DNA of 64,000 nucleotides from Candidatus Dojkabacteria bacterium (GCA_030583845.1 CP129478.1:407175-471174), one strand, 5' to 3'; positions 1 through 11,767 are shown, numbered from the stretch's first letter. Numbers and translations: made by a program. Notes: a model not told the origin generated them from the letters alone.

Positions 1-357
1 GAGGTACAAAGCTCAGTTCGCGAAGGCACACTCTCCTCACAGATTCCATTGTTCACAACAATCCCACGCGGCTTTGATTTCTCAAACAAGGTTGGTTACT
101 ACTACTCGGCCCCAGAGTGGATTATCCAGACTGACAAAGAAGCCTTTGCTATCGACCCAACTATTGTAGAAGCGAAGAATGTACAAATAAGTGGAAATGG
201 TCCTCTGTTTATAAGCCCTACCTCACAGCCTACAGAAGGAGACCTTGTGGTCTATAAAGATGGCTCTAAACTGGTGGTGGACAAGTTCAGTGGTACGATT
301 GAGTCTTCGACGGTCGTCGGTATAGTACTTGCACAGGAGCGCCGTTTCGTCGAATAA
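1..357 (+). CDS. hypothetical protein, 5'-partial (frame open from window start; first ATG at 49)
   Basis: Frame 1 has no stop from base 1 to the stop at 355-357. The ORF track gives a 102-aa product from 49. No recognisable motif. Confidence 0.3.
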   Translation, partial: EVQSSVREGTLSSQIPLFTTIPRGFDFSNKVGYYYSAPEWIIQTDKEAFAIDPTIVEAKNVQISGNGPLFISPTSQPTEGDLVVYKDGSKLVVDKFSGTIESSTVVGIVLAQERRFVE

Positions 358-378
358 TCATCCCTTCAAAGGTCAAAC

Positions 379-410
379 AAAAAGGGGCTTTTCAGCCCCT
401 TTTCTTTCTC
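379..410. terminator. bidirectional rho-independent terminator between convergent genes
   Basis: GGGGCT-TTTC-AGCCCC hairpin (384-399), flanked by an A-run upstream and a T-run downstream. It sits between the end of the plus ORF (357) and the end of groEL (426). Confidence 0.7.
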
Positions 411-425
411 CATACCCATCCTCGA

Positions 426-2078
<1,653 letters not shown>

Positions 2079-2085
2079 TTAACTC

Positions 2086-2379
2086 TTATTTAGCAAGAAC
2101 TGCCAAAATCTCCTCTTCCTCGAGGATGTAGTAAAGCTGACCATCAATCTCGATCTCGTCCGGTGCATATTTCTTAAAGAACACTCTGTCACCAACTTTT
2201 ACTGAGAAAGTAAAATCTTTCTTGCCAGTACCAAGCTTAACAACTACGCCTACCTCAGGCTTCTTATCGCCCTGTGCTGTAGGTGGAATTATCAAACCTC
2301 CCGATGTTGTCTCCTCTGCCTCATCAGGCATTACGACGACTCTTGATCCGAGTGGCTGAAGTTTTGCATCTTTTGCCAT
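2086..2379 (-). CDS. groS: co-chaperonin GroES
   Basis: 97 aa, GroES-like (LKPLGSRVVV...GGLIIP...GDKK mobile loop). 28 nt upstream of groEL. Confidence 0.95.
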   Translation of the reverse strand: MAKDAKLQPLGSRVVVMPDEAEETTSGGLIIPPTAQGDKKPEVGVVVKLGTGKKDFTFSVKVGDRVFFKKYAPDEIEIDGQLYYILEEEEILAVLAK

Positions 2380-2417
2380 TTTTTATGAATAAAAATTTAA
2401 TTAGATATATACATGAA

Positions 2418-2444
2418 TTAGCAAACACCATTTGATGTTGCTAG
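2418..2444. promoter_or_regulatory. CIRCE-like inverted repeat (HrcA operator) upstream of groES
   Basis: TTAGCAAAC-N9-TGTTGCTAG compared with consensus TTAGCACTC-N9-GAGTGCTAA (7/9 and 5/9 arm matches; core TAGCAA/TTGCTA palindrome). Lies 3 nt downstream of a -10 box on the groES strand. Confidence 0.55.
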
Positions 2445-2447
2445 AAG

Positions 2448-2476
2448 ATTTTAATGTCATATGGCAGAATCGTCAA
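2448..2476 (-). promoter_or_regulatory. sigma70-like promoter for groES-groEL (TTGACG-17-TAAAAT)
   Basis: On the minus strand: -35 TTGACG (2476..2471), 17-nt spacer, -10 TAAAAT (2453..2448), followed immediately by the CIRCE-like repeat. Confidence 0.5.
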
Positions 2477-2502
2477 GCCTAATTTATCAGATATTAAGCC
2501 AG

Positions 2503-3288
2503 CTAATTCCTTCTCCCTTTGATAATTATAGAGCCTTCTTCAAGCTCTATGTTCTCGATCGTATGCGAAGCGTAATTATTATCATTTACCGTGAGCACAG
2601 CGTCATAGTAAGCCCGATTAATCGTATGTTTTAATGAATTCAGTCCAAGATTCTCCAGATTTACCGGACCAACATAGATATCCTCTACAAATATTTCAGC
2701 ACCCTCAACCGCATCCTTTACCACCACAAGATGCAGCACAGGCAGTGCCTCCTCTTGAGCAGATAGTTGAATATAGACGTTCCACTCCCCATCTGCTGTC
2801 TCGAGGTAAAATTTCTCAAGCTCGAGATACTCCGGGAGTGCATCGGCGATAGTATCAGCAAACAGAACAGCCGCTTCTTCCTTGGTTAGTTCTACAAAAT
2901 TCAGCTCCTCTTCACTATCAACAAAGCTGTCGATCTTCACAAGTGCACTATTACGTTGGGGGGTGTAATCGAAAGCTGCGATATCTACCTCAATCACATT
3001 GCTTGTCGCGAGATCCCTGTTGAAGCCTTCTTCCCACTGCATGTAGCTATAGATCAGGTATGCAACTACACCCACGATGATTAGGAAGAGTATAGTTAGT
3101 AGCAAAAATATCACTCCACAGCAGCCTCGCCTTTTCTTCTTTCTCTTTGGGCTGGCGGCCTTAACTTCTGCAGGCCGGTCAATCACTTCGACTGGCTCTA
3201 CCTGTGCGACTGGTTCACTCTCCTGCACCTTTGGCGCCACCTGCTCAACCTGTGGAACCGGGTTGTGCTGTGTAGCTTGGGGCTCCAT
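2503..3288 (-). CDS. hypothetical membrane protein (Pro/Glu-rich N-terminus, KRKKKRR stop-transfer, one TM)
   Basis: 261-aa ORF. N-terminal PVPQVEQVAP-type low complexity, then KRKKKRRGCCGVIFLLLTILFLIIVGVVAYLIY (TM helix). Its start codon abuts the murJ stop. Confidence 0.5.
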   Translation of the reverse strand: MEPQATQHNPVPQVEQVAPKVQESEPVAQVEPVEVIDRPAEVKAASPKRKKKRRGCCGVIFLLLTILFLIIVGVVAYLIYSYMQWEEGFNRDLATSNVIEVDIAAFDYTPQRNSALVKIDSFVDSEEELNFVELTKEEAAVLFADTIADALPEYLELEKFYLETADGEWNVYIQLSAQEEALPVLHLVVVKDAVEGAEIFVEDIYVGPVNLENLGLNSLKHTINRAYYDAVLTVNDNNYASHTIENIELEEGSIIIKGRRN

Positions 3289-3289
3289 C

Positions 3290-5086
3290 TTAAACGGCGA
3301 ATTTCAGTTTACGTCTGACGAAATCTATCCCTTTATTGACCATCGAGACCTCACTTAGTCCCGATAGATAACTGAGCAAAAGGTAAACAGATCCACCAAC
3401 TATTGCTGTAACAATAAACAAGAGGATAATGTTGGCTGTTCGAGTTGTGTCGAGAGAGAAGTCTGTCAAACGGTAGATGAAGTACATTACCGCACCCATG
3501 ACAAATGCGTTTACCATCATCAATGAGATCGGCTTGAAAGTGCGCGCCCAGCTAAGCACTGCAACCTTCCTATTCAAGAAGAACATATTTAGAGTCATCT
3601 CTACAACAAATGCGATGCTGAGGCTAAGTGCCAGTCCACCAACCGAGGCATTTGATGCACTCCTTGTGGTCATCCAGGTCCATATATCCCCTTGGATTGA
3701 AGAGGCAATGTCCAGCAATGATGCGCTACTCTCTGGAGACAGTCCACTCCCTATCTGGATCAGCAGCTCAGACAAGATTGGACGCCAGTCAACATAGTGG
3801 CTGAAGAAATTGGTGAGGTAGTAGCTACAGACAATGTTTACAACTATTGTAATCACCGTAACAAGCAGCGGTAGCTTAGTTTCGTGCAATGCAAACAAGC
3901 CCCTTAGAGTGATTGCATTTCCCGCCTGGGCGATCATTGAGCCCGCCAACAGAGCTAGCGACCATGCTGTTACAACCGTTGCTGTCCAGTTTCCCTCAAA
4001 TGAGAAAACCAACCTCACGATTGGCAATCTAAGCACAACCATAGCCACAACGCATGGCAGGATAATGAACATCATCTGCTTCAGAGATTTATTAAACTCG
4101 GTTACGAACTGATCAAGCTTATCACGGGAGAAATACTCGGCTAAGTTTGGCAAGGCCACAAGTGAGAAAGCACTCACAAAGATCTGCACAGGGAAAAGAT
4201 GCAGGCTCATCGCATATTCAAAGGCACTCAATGCACCCGATGCGATGTTAAATGCGATCAGGGTGTTGATGACGCTGCTAATCTGCTCACCAAGGAAGGC
4301 AAGCATCCTTGGGACGGCGAGACGGATGATTTCCCAAAGTCCTGTTACATAAAACTTAGTCCTCACCTGTATATCTTCAAGATGCTCGATCTTCAGGTGG
4401 ATCTTCACGAATTTGACGACTATCGGAATCTGCACTGCAACATGGAGCATCGACCCAAGAACCATAGCCCAAGCTAGCCCTTCGACCCCCATGTCGTAAT
4501 ACCCCACAAATATGATTGAACCGAAAATCATACCTACGTTATAGAGCAGCGGCGCTAAAGCCGTTACGAAGAATCTCCTGTGGACCTGTAAGAACGCCGT
4601 AATTATTGAGCTCACGCTAAGGAACAGCGGCGAGAGCAACATGATTCTTACCAGGAGCAGGAGAAGCGCCTTCTCTTCTTCACCCGCACTTACACGCAGG
4701 TTGCTACCCAGATAGCCCGATTCTAGTATAAACTCACTCATTCCAGGCGTAAGTACATAGAGGACAAACACCATAAACATCGAGAATATCGCTATCGCAC
4801 CACTCGTAACCAAGAACAACTTGAGCAGCTTCTGTTCGCCGCGCTTCACCCTCACATCCATGAATACAGGGATCACAGCGGCATTAATTGTACCTGCAAT
4901 GATAATGTTGAAAATCGTCTCGGGCACAAGAAAGGCTGCCCAGAATATGTCGAGCTCTGAATCTATACCGAACTGATCTGCAATAAGGCGTAGCTTGAAA
5001 AAACCAAACAGCTTGGTAAAGAAGAGGATTATCGAAATGATGATTACAGTATCCCGTCTGGCAAAAAGCTTCTTAAGAAAACTCAT
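3290..5086 (-). CDS. murJ: lipid II flippase MurJ (MviN family)
   Basis: 598 aa, multi-TM. N-terminus FGFFKLRLIADQFGIDSELDIFWAAFLVPETIFNIIIAGTINAAVIPVF is typical of MurJ/MviN. Confidence 0.85.
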   Translation of the reverse strand: MSFLKKLFARRDTVIIISIILFFTKLFGFFKLRLIADQFGIDSELDIFWAAFLVPETIFNIIIAGTINAAVIPVFMDVRVKRGEQKLLKLFLVTSGAIAIFSMFMVFVLYVLTPGMSEFILESGYLGSNLRVSAGEEEKALLLLLVRIMLLSPLFLSVSSIITAFLQVHRRFFVTALAPLLYNVGMIFGSIIFVGYYDMGVEGLAWAMVLGSMLHVAVQIPIVVKFVKIHLKIEHLEDIQVRTKFYVTGLWEIIRLAVPRMLAFLGEQISSVINTLIAFNIASGALSAFEYAMSLHLFPVQIFVSAFSLVALPNLAEYFSRDKLDQFVTEFNKSLKQMMFIILPCVVAMVVLRLPIVRLVFSFEGNWTATVVTAWSLALLAGSMIAQAGNAITLRGLFALHETKLPLLVTVITIVVNIVCSYYLTNFFSHYVDWRPILSELLIQIGSGLSPESSASLLDIASSIQGDIWTWMTTRSASNASVGGLALSLSIAFVVEMTLNMFFLNRKVAVLSWARTFKPISLMMVNAFVMGAVMYFIYRLTDFSLDTTRTANIILLFIVTAIVGGSVYLLLSYLSGLSEVSMVNKGIDFVRRKLKFAV

Positions 5087-5261
5087 GACTTTTGGTTAAA
5101 TAAATAGTTGTAGAATATAAGTTTCAACGTAGTAGTTTGCTTAAAATGCGTGTCATTTAGCGAAAATTAAGCATCGGGAATTATGATATACGTTCCAATA
5201 ACTTTTATCAACTCACTATTTTCATACGAAATTAACCTTTGGGAATTACAATTAGAGCAGT

Positions 5262-6053
5262 ATGCTCAAAACCCTCCTTAACCTTCTTTTTCCAGTATTT
5301 TGCATTGGCTGTGGCAAGAGTGGAGGCTGGCTTTGCTCGAGATGCGCGAAGCGACTGATTCCAACAGTTCCCGAGTGTTTTGTGTGCAGGCGAATTTCGG
5401 GCGGTTATCGAACTCATACCACCTGCGTTCGACCGAGTTCCCCTACTCGCGCAATCCCGCTCTGGAGATATAGCGATCTAGGTCGTGACCTGATGCGCGA
5501 TTTCAAATTTAAAGGCTACTTTGATCTGCAGAGTACTTTTGCTGCAATTATCAAACAGCGGCTAAGTCATATACCTGAGATACGCGAGTTGGTAAAGGAA
5601 AGCACGATTGTCCCGATCCCGCTCCATCGCACAAGGCAGAATGAGCGTGGATTTAACCAATCGGAGATCTTGGCACGAATAATCACCCAATTTGCTTGGA
5701 AAGAGTACGGTTTCGACCTGAAAGTTGTACCACTGCTGCACAAGCTATCTGCAAACCAGCACCAGAGCAGCTCTACAGTTGAAGAGAGGAGAACAAATGT
5801 GAAAGGTGTGTACCAGATGAATGAGATCGTTGCGAAAGATTGTCCGAAGATACTGATTGTCGACGATGTCATCACAACTGGCTCGACTGTAAGCGAGGCA
5901 ATCGCGACTATATCAGAATGGTATTCAATAAATCGAAGCACACAACCCGAGATAAATTGTATGGCACTGTTTAGGGGCAGGGCTTACTTCAATAAGCGCG
6001 CTGCCCCTTCCCAACCTGTACCAACTGACTACTCTACTATCTCGGCGTCTTGA
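5262..6053 (+). CDS. comFC: ComF family protein (ComFC-like phosphoribosyltransferase)
   Basis: 263 aa. N-terminal zinc-finger CIGCG...CSRC. PRTase motif [29 protein letters not shown] as in ComFC. The 3' end overlaps the dnaK 3' end by 25 nt (convergent). Confidence 0.75.
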   Translation: MLKTLLNLLFPVFCIGCGKSGGWLCSRCAKRLIPTVPECFVCRRISGGYRTHTTCVRPSSPTRAIPLWRYSDLGRDLMRDFKFKGYFDLQSTFAAIIKQRLSHIPEIRELVKESTIVPIPLHRTRQNERGFNQSEILARIITQFAWKEYGFDLKVVPLLHKLSANQHQSSSTVEERRTNVKGVYQMNEIVAKDCPKILIVDDVITTGSTVSEAIATISEWYSINRSTQPEINCMALFRGRAYFNKRAAPSQPVPTDYSTISAS

Positions 6054-7963
6054 GCCTTCTCCTTATCGTCGTCAGACTTCTTCTCTTTCCCTTTAGCATC
6101 TTTATCTTCTCCACCCTCTTTCTTCTCACCCTCCTCTTTCTCAACCTCTTGGGCTGCCTGCTGATACATCTTCTGGCTGATTTCACCAACCAACTTCTGT
6201 AGCTCAGATGTCTTCTCCTTCACCTTCTCTACATCGATTGGGTCAGCCTCGATTAGCTTTTTCAGCTCTTCGATCACCTTCTCAGCCTCTTTCTGCTTAT
6301 CTGCGTCGATCTTATCTTTGTTCTCGCTAAACAGCTTCTCTGTGTTAAATATCAATGAGTCGGCGTCATTCTTTGCTTCTGCTTTCTCTTTCTTCTCCTT
6401 ATCTTCCTTCGCGAATTTTGCTGCGTCGTCTACCATCTTTCCGATCTCGTCGTCGGACAAACCGGTATTCGCAGTTATTGTAATCTTCTGCTCCTTGCCC
6501 GTAGCCTTGTCAACAGCTTTCACATTGAGGATTCCGTTTGCGTCTAGTGCAAATGTAACCTCGATCTGTGGCACTCCGCGTGGTGCGGGTGGAATTCCGT
6601 CTAGCATGAATTTGCCAAGCGTCTTATTGTCTGACGCCATTTCTCGCTCACCCTGAAGCACGTGCACTTCGACCGATGGCTGATTGTCAGCATAGGTTGT
6701 AAAAGTCTGTGTCTTCTCAGTAGGGATTGTGGTGTTTCGTGGGATCATCACGGTGCGAACTCCACCGGCCGTCTCGATACCTAAGGTCAATGGTGTCACA
6801 TCGAGCAAAGTGATGTCGTGCACATCTCCAGCGAGTACCCCACCCTGGATTGCTGCTCCTACGGCTACAACCTCATCTGGGTTGACCGATTTATTTGGTT
6901 CTTTACCGAAGAATTCAGCAACTTTCTTCTGAACTGCCGGCATTCTTGTCATACCACCGACTAGGAGGATCTCTTTTATATCACTCTTTTCCAGCTTCGC
7001 ATCAGCCAATGCTTTCTTCATTGGCTCGATGGTGCTGTCGATCAGGTCGGACACCAGCTTCTCTAATTCAGCCCGTGTGAGATCCATGCGCAGGTGCTTT
7101 GGACCTGAGGCATCTGCTGTAATGTAAGGGATATTGATCTCGCTTTTCTCCGATGATGAGAGCTCAATCTTTGATTTCTCCGCTGCTTCTTTCAATCTTT
7201 GCAAAGCTGTCTTATCTTCTCGGAGGTCGATTCCGTTATCCTTCTTGAACTGCTCGGCAATATGATCAATCAATACCTGGTCGAAATTGTCACCGCCAAG
7301 GTGTGTATCACCATTTGTTGAAAGCACTTCAAAAACGCCATCACCGATCTCGAGGATTGAGATATCAAATGTACCGCCACCAAGGTCGTATACAGCAATG
7401 ATCTCATCATTCTTCTTGTCTAAGCCATATGCAAGTGCTGCAGCTGTAGGCTCATTTACCACGCGCTTCACATCTAGACCTGCAATCTTGCCTGCGTCTT
7501 TTGTAGCTTTACGCTGTGCATCGTCGAAGTATGCTGGAACAGTAATCACGGCTTCGGTGACCTCTTCACCCAGAAATGCTTCTGCATCTTTCTTAAGCTT
7601 GGCCAAGACTTTAGCCGAGACCTCCTGAGGTGACATCCATTTATCGCCCATTTTTACTTCGACGCCACCATTCTTGGCTTTCTGCATCTCGAATGGAAGC
7701 AGCCCTTTGTCTTTCTGGACTGCTGGGTCATCCCATCTACGTCCGATCAATCTCTTGACCGAGTAGATAGTCCCAGTAGGATTGGTTACAGCCTGGTTCT
7801 TTGCCGGTGTACCGACAAGCACCTGGCCTTTCTCATCCTGTGCAACTACAGATGGTATAAGTCGACCACCCTCGCTGCTTGCGATCACCTCTGGCTTACC
7901 ACCCGAGAGGTATGCCATTGCTGAGTTTGTTGTACCCAGATCTATTCCGATTATTTTTGCCAT
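6029..7963 (-). CDS. dnaK: molecular chaperone DnaK (Hsp70)
   Basis: 644 aa. [18 protein letters not shown], acidic C-terminal tail. Confidence 0.97.
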   Translation of the reverse strand: MAKIIGIDLGTTNSAMAYLSGGKPEVIASSEGGRLIPSVVAQDEKGQVLVGTPAKNQAVTNPTGTIYSVKRLIGRRWDDPAVQKDKGLLPFEMQKAKNGGVEVKMGDKWMSPQEVSAKVLAKLKKDAEAFLGEEVTEAVITVPAYFDDAQRKATKDAGKIAGLDVKRVVNEPTAAALAYGLDKKNDEIIAVYDLGGGTFDISILEIGDGVFEVLSTNGDTHLGGDNFDQVLIDHIAEQFKKDNGIDLREDKTALQRLKEAAEKSKIELSSSEKSEINIPYITADASGPKHLRMDLTRAELEKLVSDLIDSTIEPMKKALADAKLEKSDIKEILLVGGMTRMPAVQKKVAEFFGKEPNKSVNPDEVVAVGAAIQGGVLAGDVHDITLLDVTPLTLGIETAGGVRTVMIPRNTTIPTEKTQTFTTYADNQPSVEVHVLQGEREMASDNKTLGKFMLDGIPPAPRGVPQIEVTFALDANGILNVKAVDKATGKEQKITITANTGLSDDEIGKMVDDAAKFAKEDKEKKEKAEAKNDADSLIFNTEKLFSENKDKIDADKQKEAEKVIEELKKLIEADPIDVEKVKEKTSELQKLVGEISQKMYQQAAQEVEKEEGEKKEGGEDKDAKGKEKKSDDDKEKAQDAEIVE

Positions 7964-8049
7964 TGTTTATTATTTAATAATTTATATTACATGCTGATTT
8001 ATATTGCCAAGAATGACTTCGCACATATGCTGAAAAATTCCTGGCATTA

Positions 8050-8619
8050 TTAATTAGCAGGTACTTTATTTACAACCACCTTTGCTGGCCTGATTACGAG
8101 ATCATCTAATACATATCCGCCTTCGGCCAATGCATGAATAGTATTGTCTTCACCGAGATTCACTATGGCAATTGCCTCATGTAGCTCTGGGTCAAATCGA
8201 TCTCCTGGTTTCACCTCAATTGCTCTAATCCCAATCTGGCTCATAGCGCTTCTCAACTTACCCAATATATTGACCACCCCTTCTAGCCAAGCCTTGCCGG
8301 CAACATCAAGATGCATCTCCCTACTCTCGCCGATTGCATAATTCATATCCTCGGCAATTGTGATAAGCTCTGAAGCCATTTCCTTACGCATTTGAAACAT
8401 CCTCAGCTCGACCCTTCTGTCTATAGCCTGTTCCAGGTTTTGGTAGTCGGCCAAGCTTTTCTTCAACTGCGTTAACAGGGCCTCTTTTTCTTCACCTATT
8501 TTCTTACTATCACGAGTCACACTTTCTAACCTAGCTTCAAGCTCTTGAATCTTCTCAACAGCTACTGTGTTGCTCTCTTTTGTAATAGTAGTTTTTTTCT
8601 GTTTTGTATCTTTTTTCAT
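8050..8619 (-). CDS. grpE: nucleotide exchange factor GrpE
   Basis: 189 aa. Coiled-coil N-terminus and GrpE C-terminal beta domain (FDPELHEAI...VLDDLVIRPAKV). Lies between hrcA and dnaK. Confidence 0.85.
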   Translation of the reverse strand: MKKDTKQKKTTITKESNTVAVEKIQELEARLESVTRDSKKIGEEKEALLTQLKKSLADYQNLEQAIDRRVELRMFQMRKEMASELITIAEDMNYAIGESREMHLDVAGKAWLEGVVNILGKLRSAMSQIGIRAIEVKPGDRFDPELHEAIAIVNLGEDNTIHALAEGGYVLDDLVIRPAKVVVNKVPAN

Positions 8620-8633
8620 AATATTGATAGTGG

Positions 8634-9359
8634 CTAACTCCAGCCTTTAAGCGATTCCTCAACTGAAGTACGAACCTCTGATAACATCGGAATCACATTC
8701 CTATAATCCATTCTACGTGAGCCGATAACACCCATGTGCCCCACCCGGTTATCCCAAAACTTCATGGTTGTAAAAGCAACTGCACACTCGTTCAGATCTT
8801 TAATACCCAACTCACCGCCAATAAGCACAGTTACATCATCGCTACCGGCACGTGTAAACACGCTGCGCAACAGATTCTCATCTTCAAGCAGATCTAGAAT
8901 CCGCTGGAGGAAATCTACATTCTTCAACTCTTCATAGTTCATAAGCGAAGAGACTCCATAATGCCTCGACATATCGTCCATCAATATGAAAGATGCGCAT
9001 CCGCTATTCTGCACCAGCAGCTCCAAGATAGTCTTGATCAATTTCTCTGGGTAGAAGCGCACACTGAAAATTCCTTGCCTTATCTGCACCATTCGGATCG
9101 AGTCTTGCAGCGACTTATCAACCCGCTCATTTATATAGAGCCTAAATGCCATATCAGTTGGAAGCCTACCTGCTGAAGCATGGGGCTTGTCTAGATACCC
9201 AAGCTCCATCAGCTTCACCATCTCGTTGCGGACGGTAGCTGAGCTCACATTAAAACCGTACTTGTTGATGATCTGCGCAGAGCCAACCTCTTCGGGCTCT
9301 TGCATATACTCTTCAATTATCGCTAGCAGTATATCCTTCTGTCTTTCGGTAAGCGTCAT
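8634..9359 (-). CDS. hrcA: heat-inducible transcription repressor HrcA
   Basis: 241 aa. N-terminal winged helix (LTERQKDILLAIIEEYMQ...SSATVRNEMVKLMELGYL). hrcA-grpE-dnaK order is conserved. Confidence 0.8.
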   Translation of the reverse strand: MTLTERQKDILLAIIEEYMQEPEEVGSAQIINKYGFNVSSATVRNEMVKLMELGYLDKPHASAGRLPTDMAFRLYINERVDKSLQDSIRMVQIRQGIFSVRFYPEKLIKTILELLVQNSGCASFILMDDMSRHYGVSSLMNYEELKNVDFLQRILDLLEDENLLRSVFTRAGSDDVTVLIGGELGIKDLNECAVAFTTMKFWDNRVGHMGVIGSRRMDYRNVIPMLSEVRTSVEESLKGWS

Positions 9360-9386
9360 TTAGCACTCCACTTAATTAACTGCTAA
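9360..9386. promoter_or_regulatory. CIRCE element (HrcA operator) abutting the hrcA start codon
   Basis: TTAGCACTC-N9-AACTGCTAA (9/9 and 7/9 arm matches to TTAGCACTC-N9-GAGTGCTAA), directly adjacent to the hrcA ATG (9357-9359). Confidence 0.7.
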
Positions 9387-9415
9387 ATAATAGTGGATGA
9401 GCAAAAAGCTGTCAA
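9387..9415 (-). promoter_or_regulatory. sigma70 promoter TTGACA-17-TATTAT for hrcA-grpE-dnaK
   Basis: Minus strand: -35 TTGACA (9415..9410), 17-nt spacer, -10 TATTAT (9392..9387), then CIRCE, then the ATG. Little or no room for a Shine-Dalgarno sequence. Confidence 0.65.
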
Positions 9416-9453
9416 GGAAATGGTTAACGATTAGTGAAGAGCAAGATTGCTAC

Positions 9454-9996
9454 CTAGTCGGTGATCTTTGTGATTTGATGCAATGTAACTTGTGTTACAT
9501 TTCCACCTTTACTGTCAGAACTGCCATCAACCTTGACCTCGATCATTAGAGGGTAAACGAGTCCACCAATTCTATGAGTTACTGTTCTACTGTAATCATG
9601 CCACATCGGTAGAGCTGTGGAGCAACCCAACCATTCACGCTCATCTGTCTCAATTATGTCTACAGCATCACCAGTTATCTTTGCCTGCTGGACAGGAGTC
9701 CACTCATTCCCTCGTATATGTGCATATAGAGTAATGCTTACCCCTTCGCGCGTTGGGAGCCGATAGATCATAGATACTCTCACCTCAGCGGCAGAATCAC
9801 TCGGCTTGACAACTATATAATCAGCACTCTCCTCCATCCGCCCACCAAATCTCCAATCCATTGTTAAAACACCTGGCGCCTCCTGTAAGATTACCTTATT
9901 ATCCGGATCAGCATGATACACTTTTCCCATTCCAGTATTACTAGACACTTCTACAAAATGTTGAGCTTTAGGAGTCTCGGCGTTAATTACACTCAT
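9454..9996 (-). CDS. hypothetical protein
   Basis: 180-aa ORF with no recognisable motifs. Divergent from rplY. Confidence 0.45.
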   Translation of the reverse strand: MSVINAETPKAQHFVEVSSNTGMGKVYHADPDNKVILQEAPGVLTMDWRFGGRMEESADYIVVKPSDSAAEVRVSMIYRLPTREGVSITLYAHIRGNEWTPVQQAKITGDAVDIIETDEREWLGCSTALPMWHDYSRTVTHRIGGLVYPLMIEVKVDGSSDSKGGNVTQVTLHQITKITD

Positions 9997-10092
9997 TGGA
10001 TTTATTGGCGATAATCTTAACTAGTTACGCAACTATACCCTATAGTATGGCTACGGTCAACCCATTTAACAAGCTTCATCGCACAGAATTGT

Positions 10093-10121
10093 TGCTAATC
10101 TACCGCTCTTCTGGTACAATC
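10093..10121 (+). promoter_or_regulatory. sigma70-like promoter TTGCTA-17-TACAAT for rplY
   Basis: -35 TTGCTA (10093-10098), 17-nt spacer, -10 TACAAT (10116-10121), 9 nt before the ATG at 10131. Implies a leaderless or very short leader. Confidence 0.5.
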
Positions 10122-10130
10122 ACAACCGTT

Positions 10131-10814
10131 ATGACAAAGATCAAGCTCGAAAAAAGAGAATTAAAAGGAAAAAAGACCAAGCAGCTCCGCCGAGAAGGAA
10201 TCATCCCTGCTGTCATCTACGATAAGACAGGCAATTCCACAATGGTACAAGGAGTATTGGGAGATTTTGTAAGAATCCTCGAGAATGCTACAACTACAAC
10301 AGTTATCGAAGCAGAGCTTGACGGTACAGTTCACAAGACATTTATCAAAGAGATTGAGAAAGACCCTATCACAGACTCAGTGGTTCATATCTCATTCTTC
10401 GAGGTTAACGACAAGGATATCATCACATACGAGCTTCCTGTTGCACTTATCGGCACCTCTATCGCGGTTAAGAACAACCTCGGTGTATTGGTACAGCCAA
10501 CAAAGACATTGCACGTACGTTCTACATTGAGTGCCATGAAGCCGGTTCTCGAGCTCGATATTTCGGGTCTTGAGCATCCTGGTCAGAGCATCAACCTGAG
10601 CGAGATTCAGCTTCCTGAGGGTGTTGAATTCGTCCAGAAAGATGTAGAAGACAAAGCTATCGCCACAATTACCGATCTCCAGAAATCTGTTGAGGAAGAG
10701 ATTGCCGAAGAGGCAGCCGCAGCAGCAGAGGCTGGTGAGGTTGTTGAAGGTGAAGAGGGCGCTGAAGGCGCAGCAGAAGCAGCTCCAGAGGGTGAAGCAG
10801 CAGCAGAGGAGTAA
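10131..10814 (+). CDS. rplY: 50S ribosomal protein L25 / general stress protein Ctc form (acidic Ala/Glu-rich C-terminal tail)
   Basis: MTKIKLEKRELKGKKTKQLRREGIIPAVIYDK is the classic L25/Ctc N-terminus. The track ORF starts at 9996, but the homologous start is the ATG at 10131. Confidence 0.8.
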   Translation: MTKIKLEKRELKGKKTKQLRREGIIPAVIYDKTGNSTMVQGVLGDFVRILENATTTTVIEAELDGTVHKTFIKEIEKDPITDSVVHISFFEVNDKDIITYELPVALIGTSIAVKNNLGVLVQPTKTLHVRSTLSAMKPVLELDISGLEHPGQSINLSEIQLPEGVEFVQKDVEDKAIATITDLQKSVEEEIAEEAAAAAEAGEVVEGEEGAEGAAEAAPEGEAAAEE

Positions 10815-10828
10815 CCCCCAAAATTTTC

Positions 10829-11767
10829 ATGAGTATGGATATTGAGACACAACAACCTGGGCAGCCAGGTGGTGCAGATTTTGAGCCAGAAAAAGAGCTT
10901 CCAAGCCTAGCCGACATATGCATTGTGATTGATGGTCTTGACGGCTCAGGAAAAGGAACTCTTGCTGAATATCTAGCCAACCGTGGACTTGAGGGATACA
11001 ACTTCATCGTAGACTATCCACAATATGGATTGCCGTGGGGTAAAGTTCTCTACAGCCTTCTCCACGAGAATGATCAGGGACTCAGCATTAATGATCGCAT
11101 GTTGGTATATGCACTCAACCGGCTCGAGACAGCCCATCAACTCAGGTGGCATATGGAGAAGACTAGGATCGTACCTGATATAAAGATCAATCTGATATTT
11201 GACCGATTTGCGACTTCTAATATTATCACTGCCGCCTATTACTACAAACTGGTGCAAGACAAGTGGAGAACATTTCCTCTTGAAAATCCAGCTGACGAGC
11301 AGAGCAGCCTAAAGGATTGGATCCTGCCTATGTACGACCATATGATGCAGATAGACGCAGAATTTATGCAAATATTGGGGGTGAGCGATGCAGTAGTATT
11401 TGTACCGATGTTAGACGAGCGGATTTCTATGGAAAGTCTACTAAACGACCAATCCAGAAGCGGAGTAGATATGTATGAGACTGCAAGCGTGCAGGGTCTA
11501 GCGAGAAAATTGTATAGAATCGTCGCCGAGGCTCACCCTGAGAGATTACATCTATACGACCAGCATAATGGTGACAAGCGGATGAGTACCGAGGAGCAAG
11601 CAATGCATATACTTGGAGCGCTCGGCTTATCTGAAGCCCCAGCAGGAACGGCGAACAGGGTCAACTATGCATTCTACAAAGAGTTAGTCGATCGTGATGC
11701 GGTAAACGCTTTGTTGGAGAGGTTTGGCTCTGAGGAGCTGAAGAGGTTAAACCCGTACGCGGTTTAG
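10829..11767 (+). CDS. P-loop nucleotide kinase, thymidylate-kinase-like (Tmk/dNK superfamily) with C-terminal extension
   Basis: 312 aa. IVIDGLDGSGKGT P-loop. DRMLVYALNRLE resembles the Tmk lid/DR motif region. Longer than canonical Tmk. Confidence 0.5.
   Translation: MSMDIETQQPGQPGGADFEPEKELPSLADICIVIDGLDGSGKGTLAEYLANRGLEGYNFIVDYPQYGLPWGKVLYSLLHENDQGLSINDRMLVYALNRLETAHQLRWHMEKTRIVPDIKINLIFDRFATSNIITAAYYYKLVQDKWRTFPLENPADEQSSLKDWILPMYDHMMQIDAEFMQILGVSDAVVFVPMLDERISMESLLNDQSRSGVDMYETASVQGLARKLYRIVAEAHPERLHLYDQHNGDKRMSTEEQAMHILGALGLSEAPAGTANRVNYAFYKELVDRDAVNALLERFGSEELKRLNPYAV

Noticed and set aside
5232-5417. 61-aa minus-strand ORF overlapping the comFC start
   Set aside because: Inside the comFC zinc-finger coding region. 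Lys-rich nonsense translation.
7964-8049. Possible internal sigma70 promoter (TTGGCA…TAATAT) upstream of dnaK within the hrcA-grpE-dnaK operon
   Set aside because: Spacer length is ambiguous (15-17 nt) and no CIRCE is adjacent. Plausible, but I cannot support a firm call.
10607-11007. 82-aa and 112-aa minus-strand ORFs across the rplY C-terminal tail and the kinase gene start
   Set aside because: Ala/Ser/Pro-rich translations mirroring the GC-rich acidic-tail coding sequence on the other strand.
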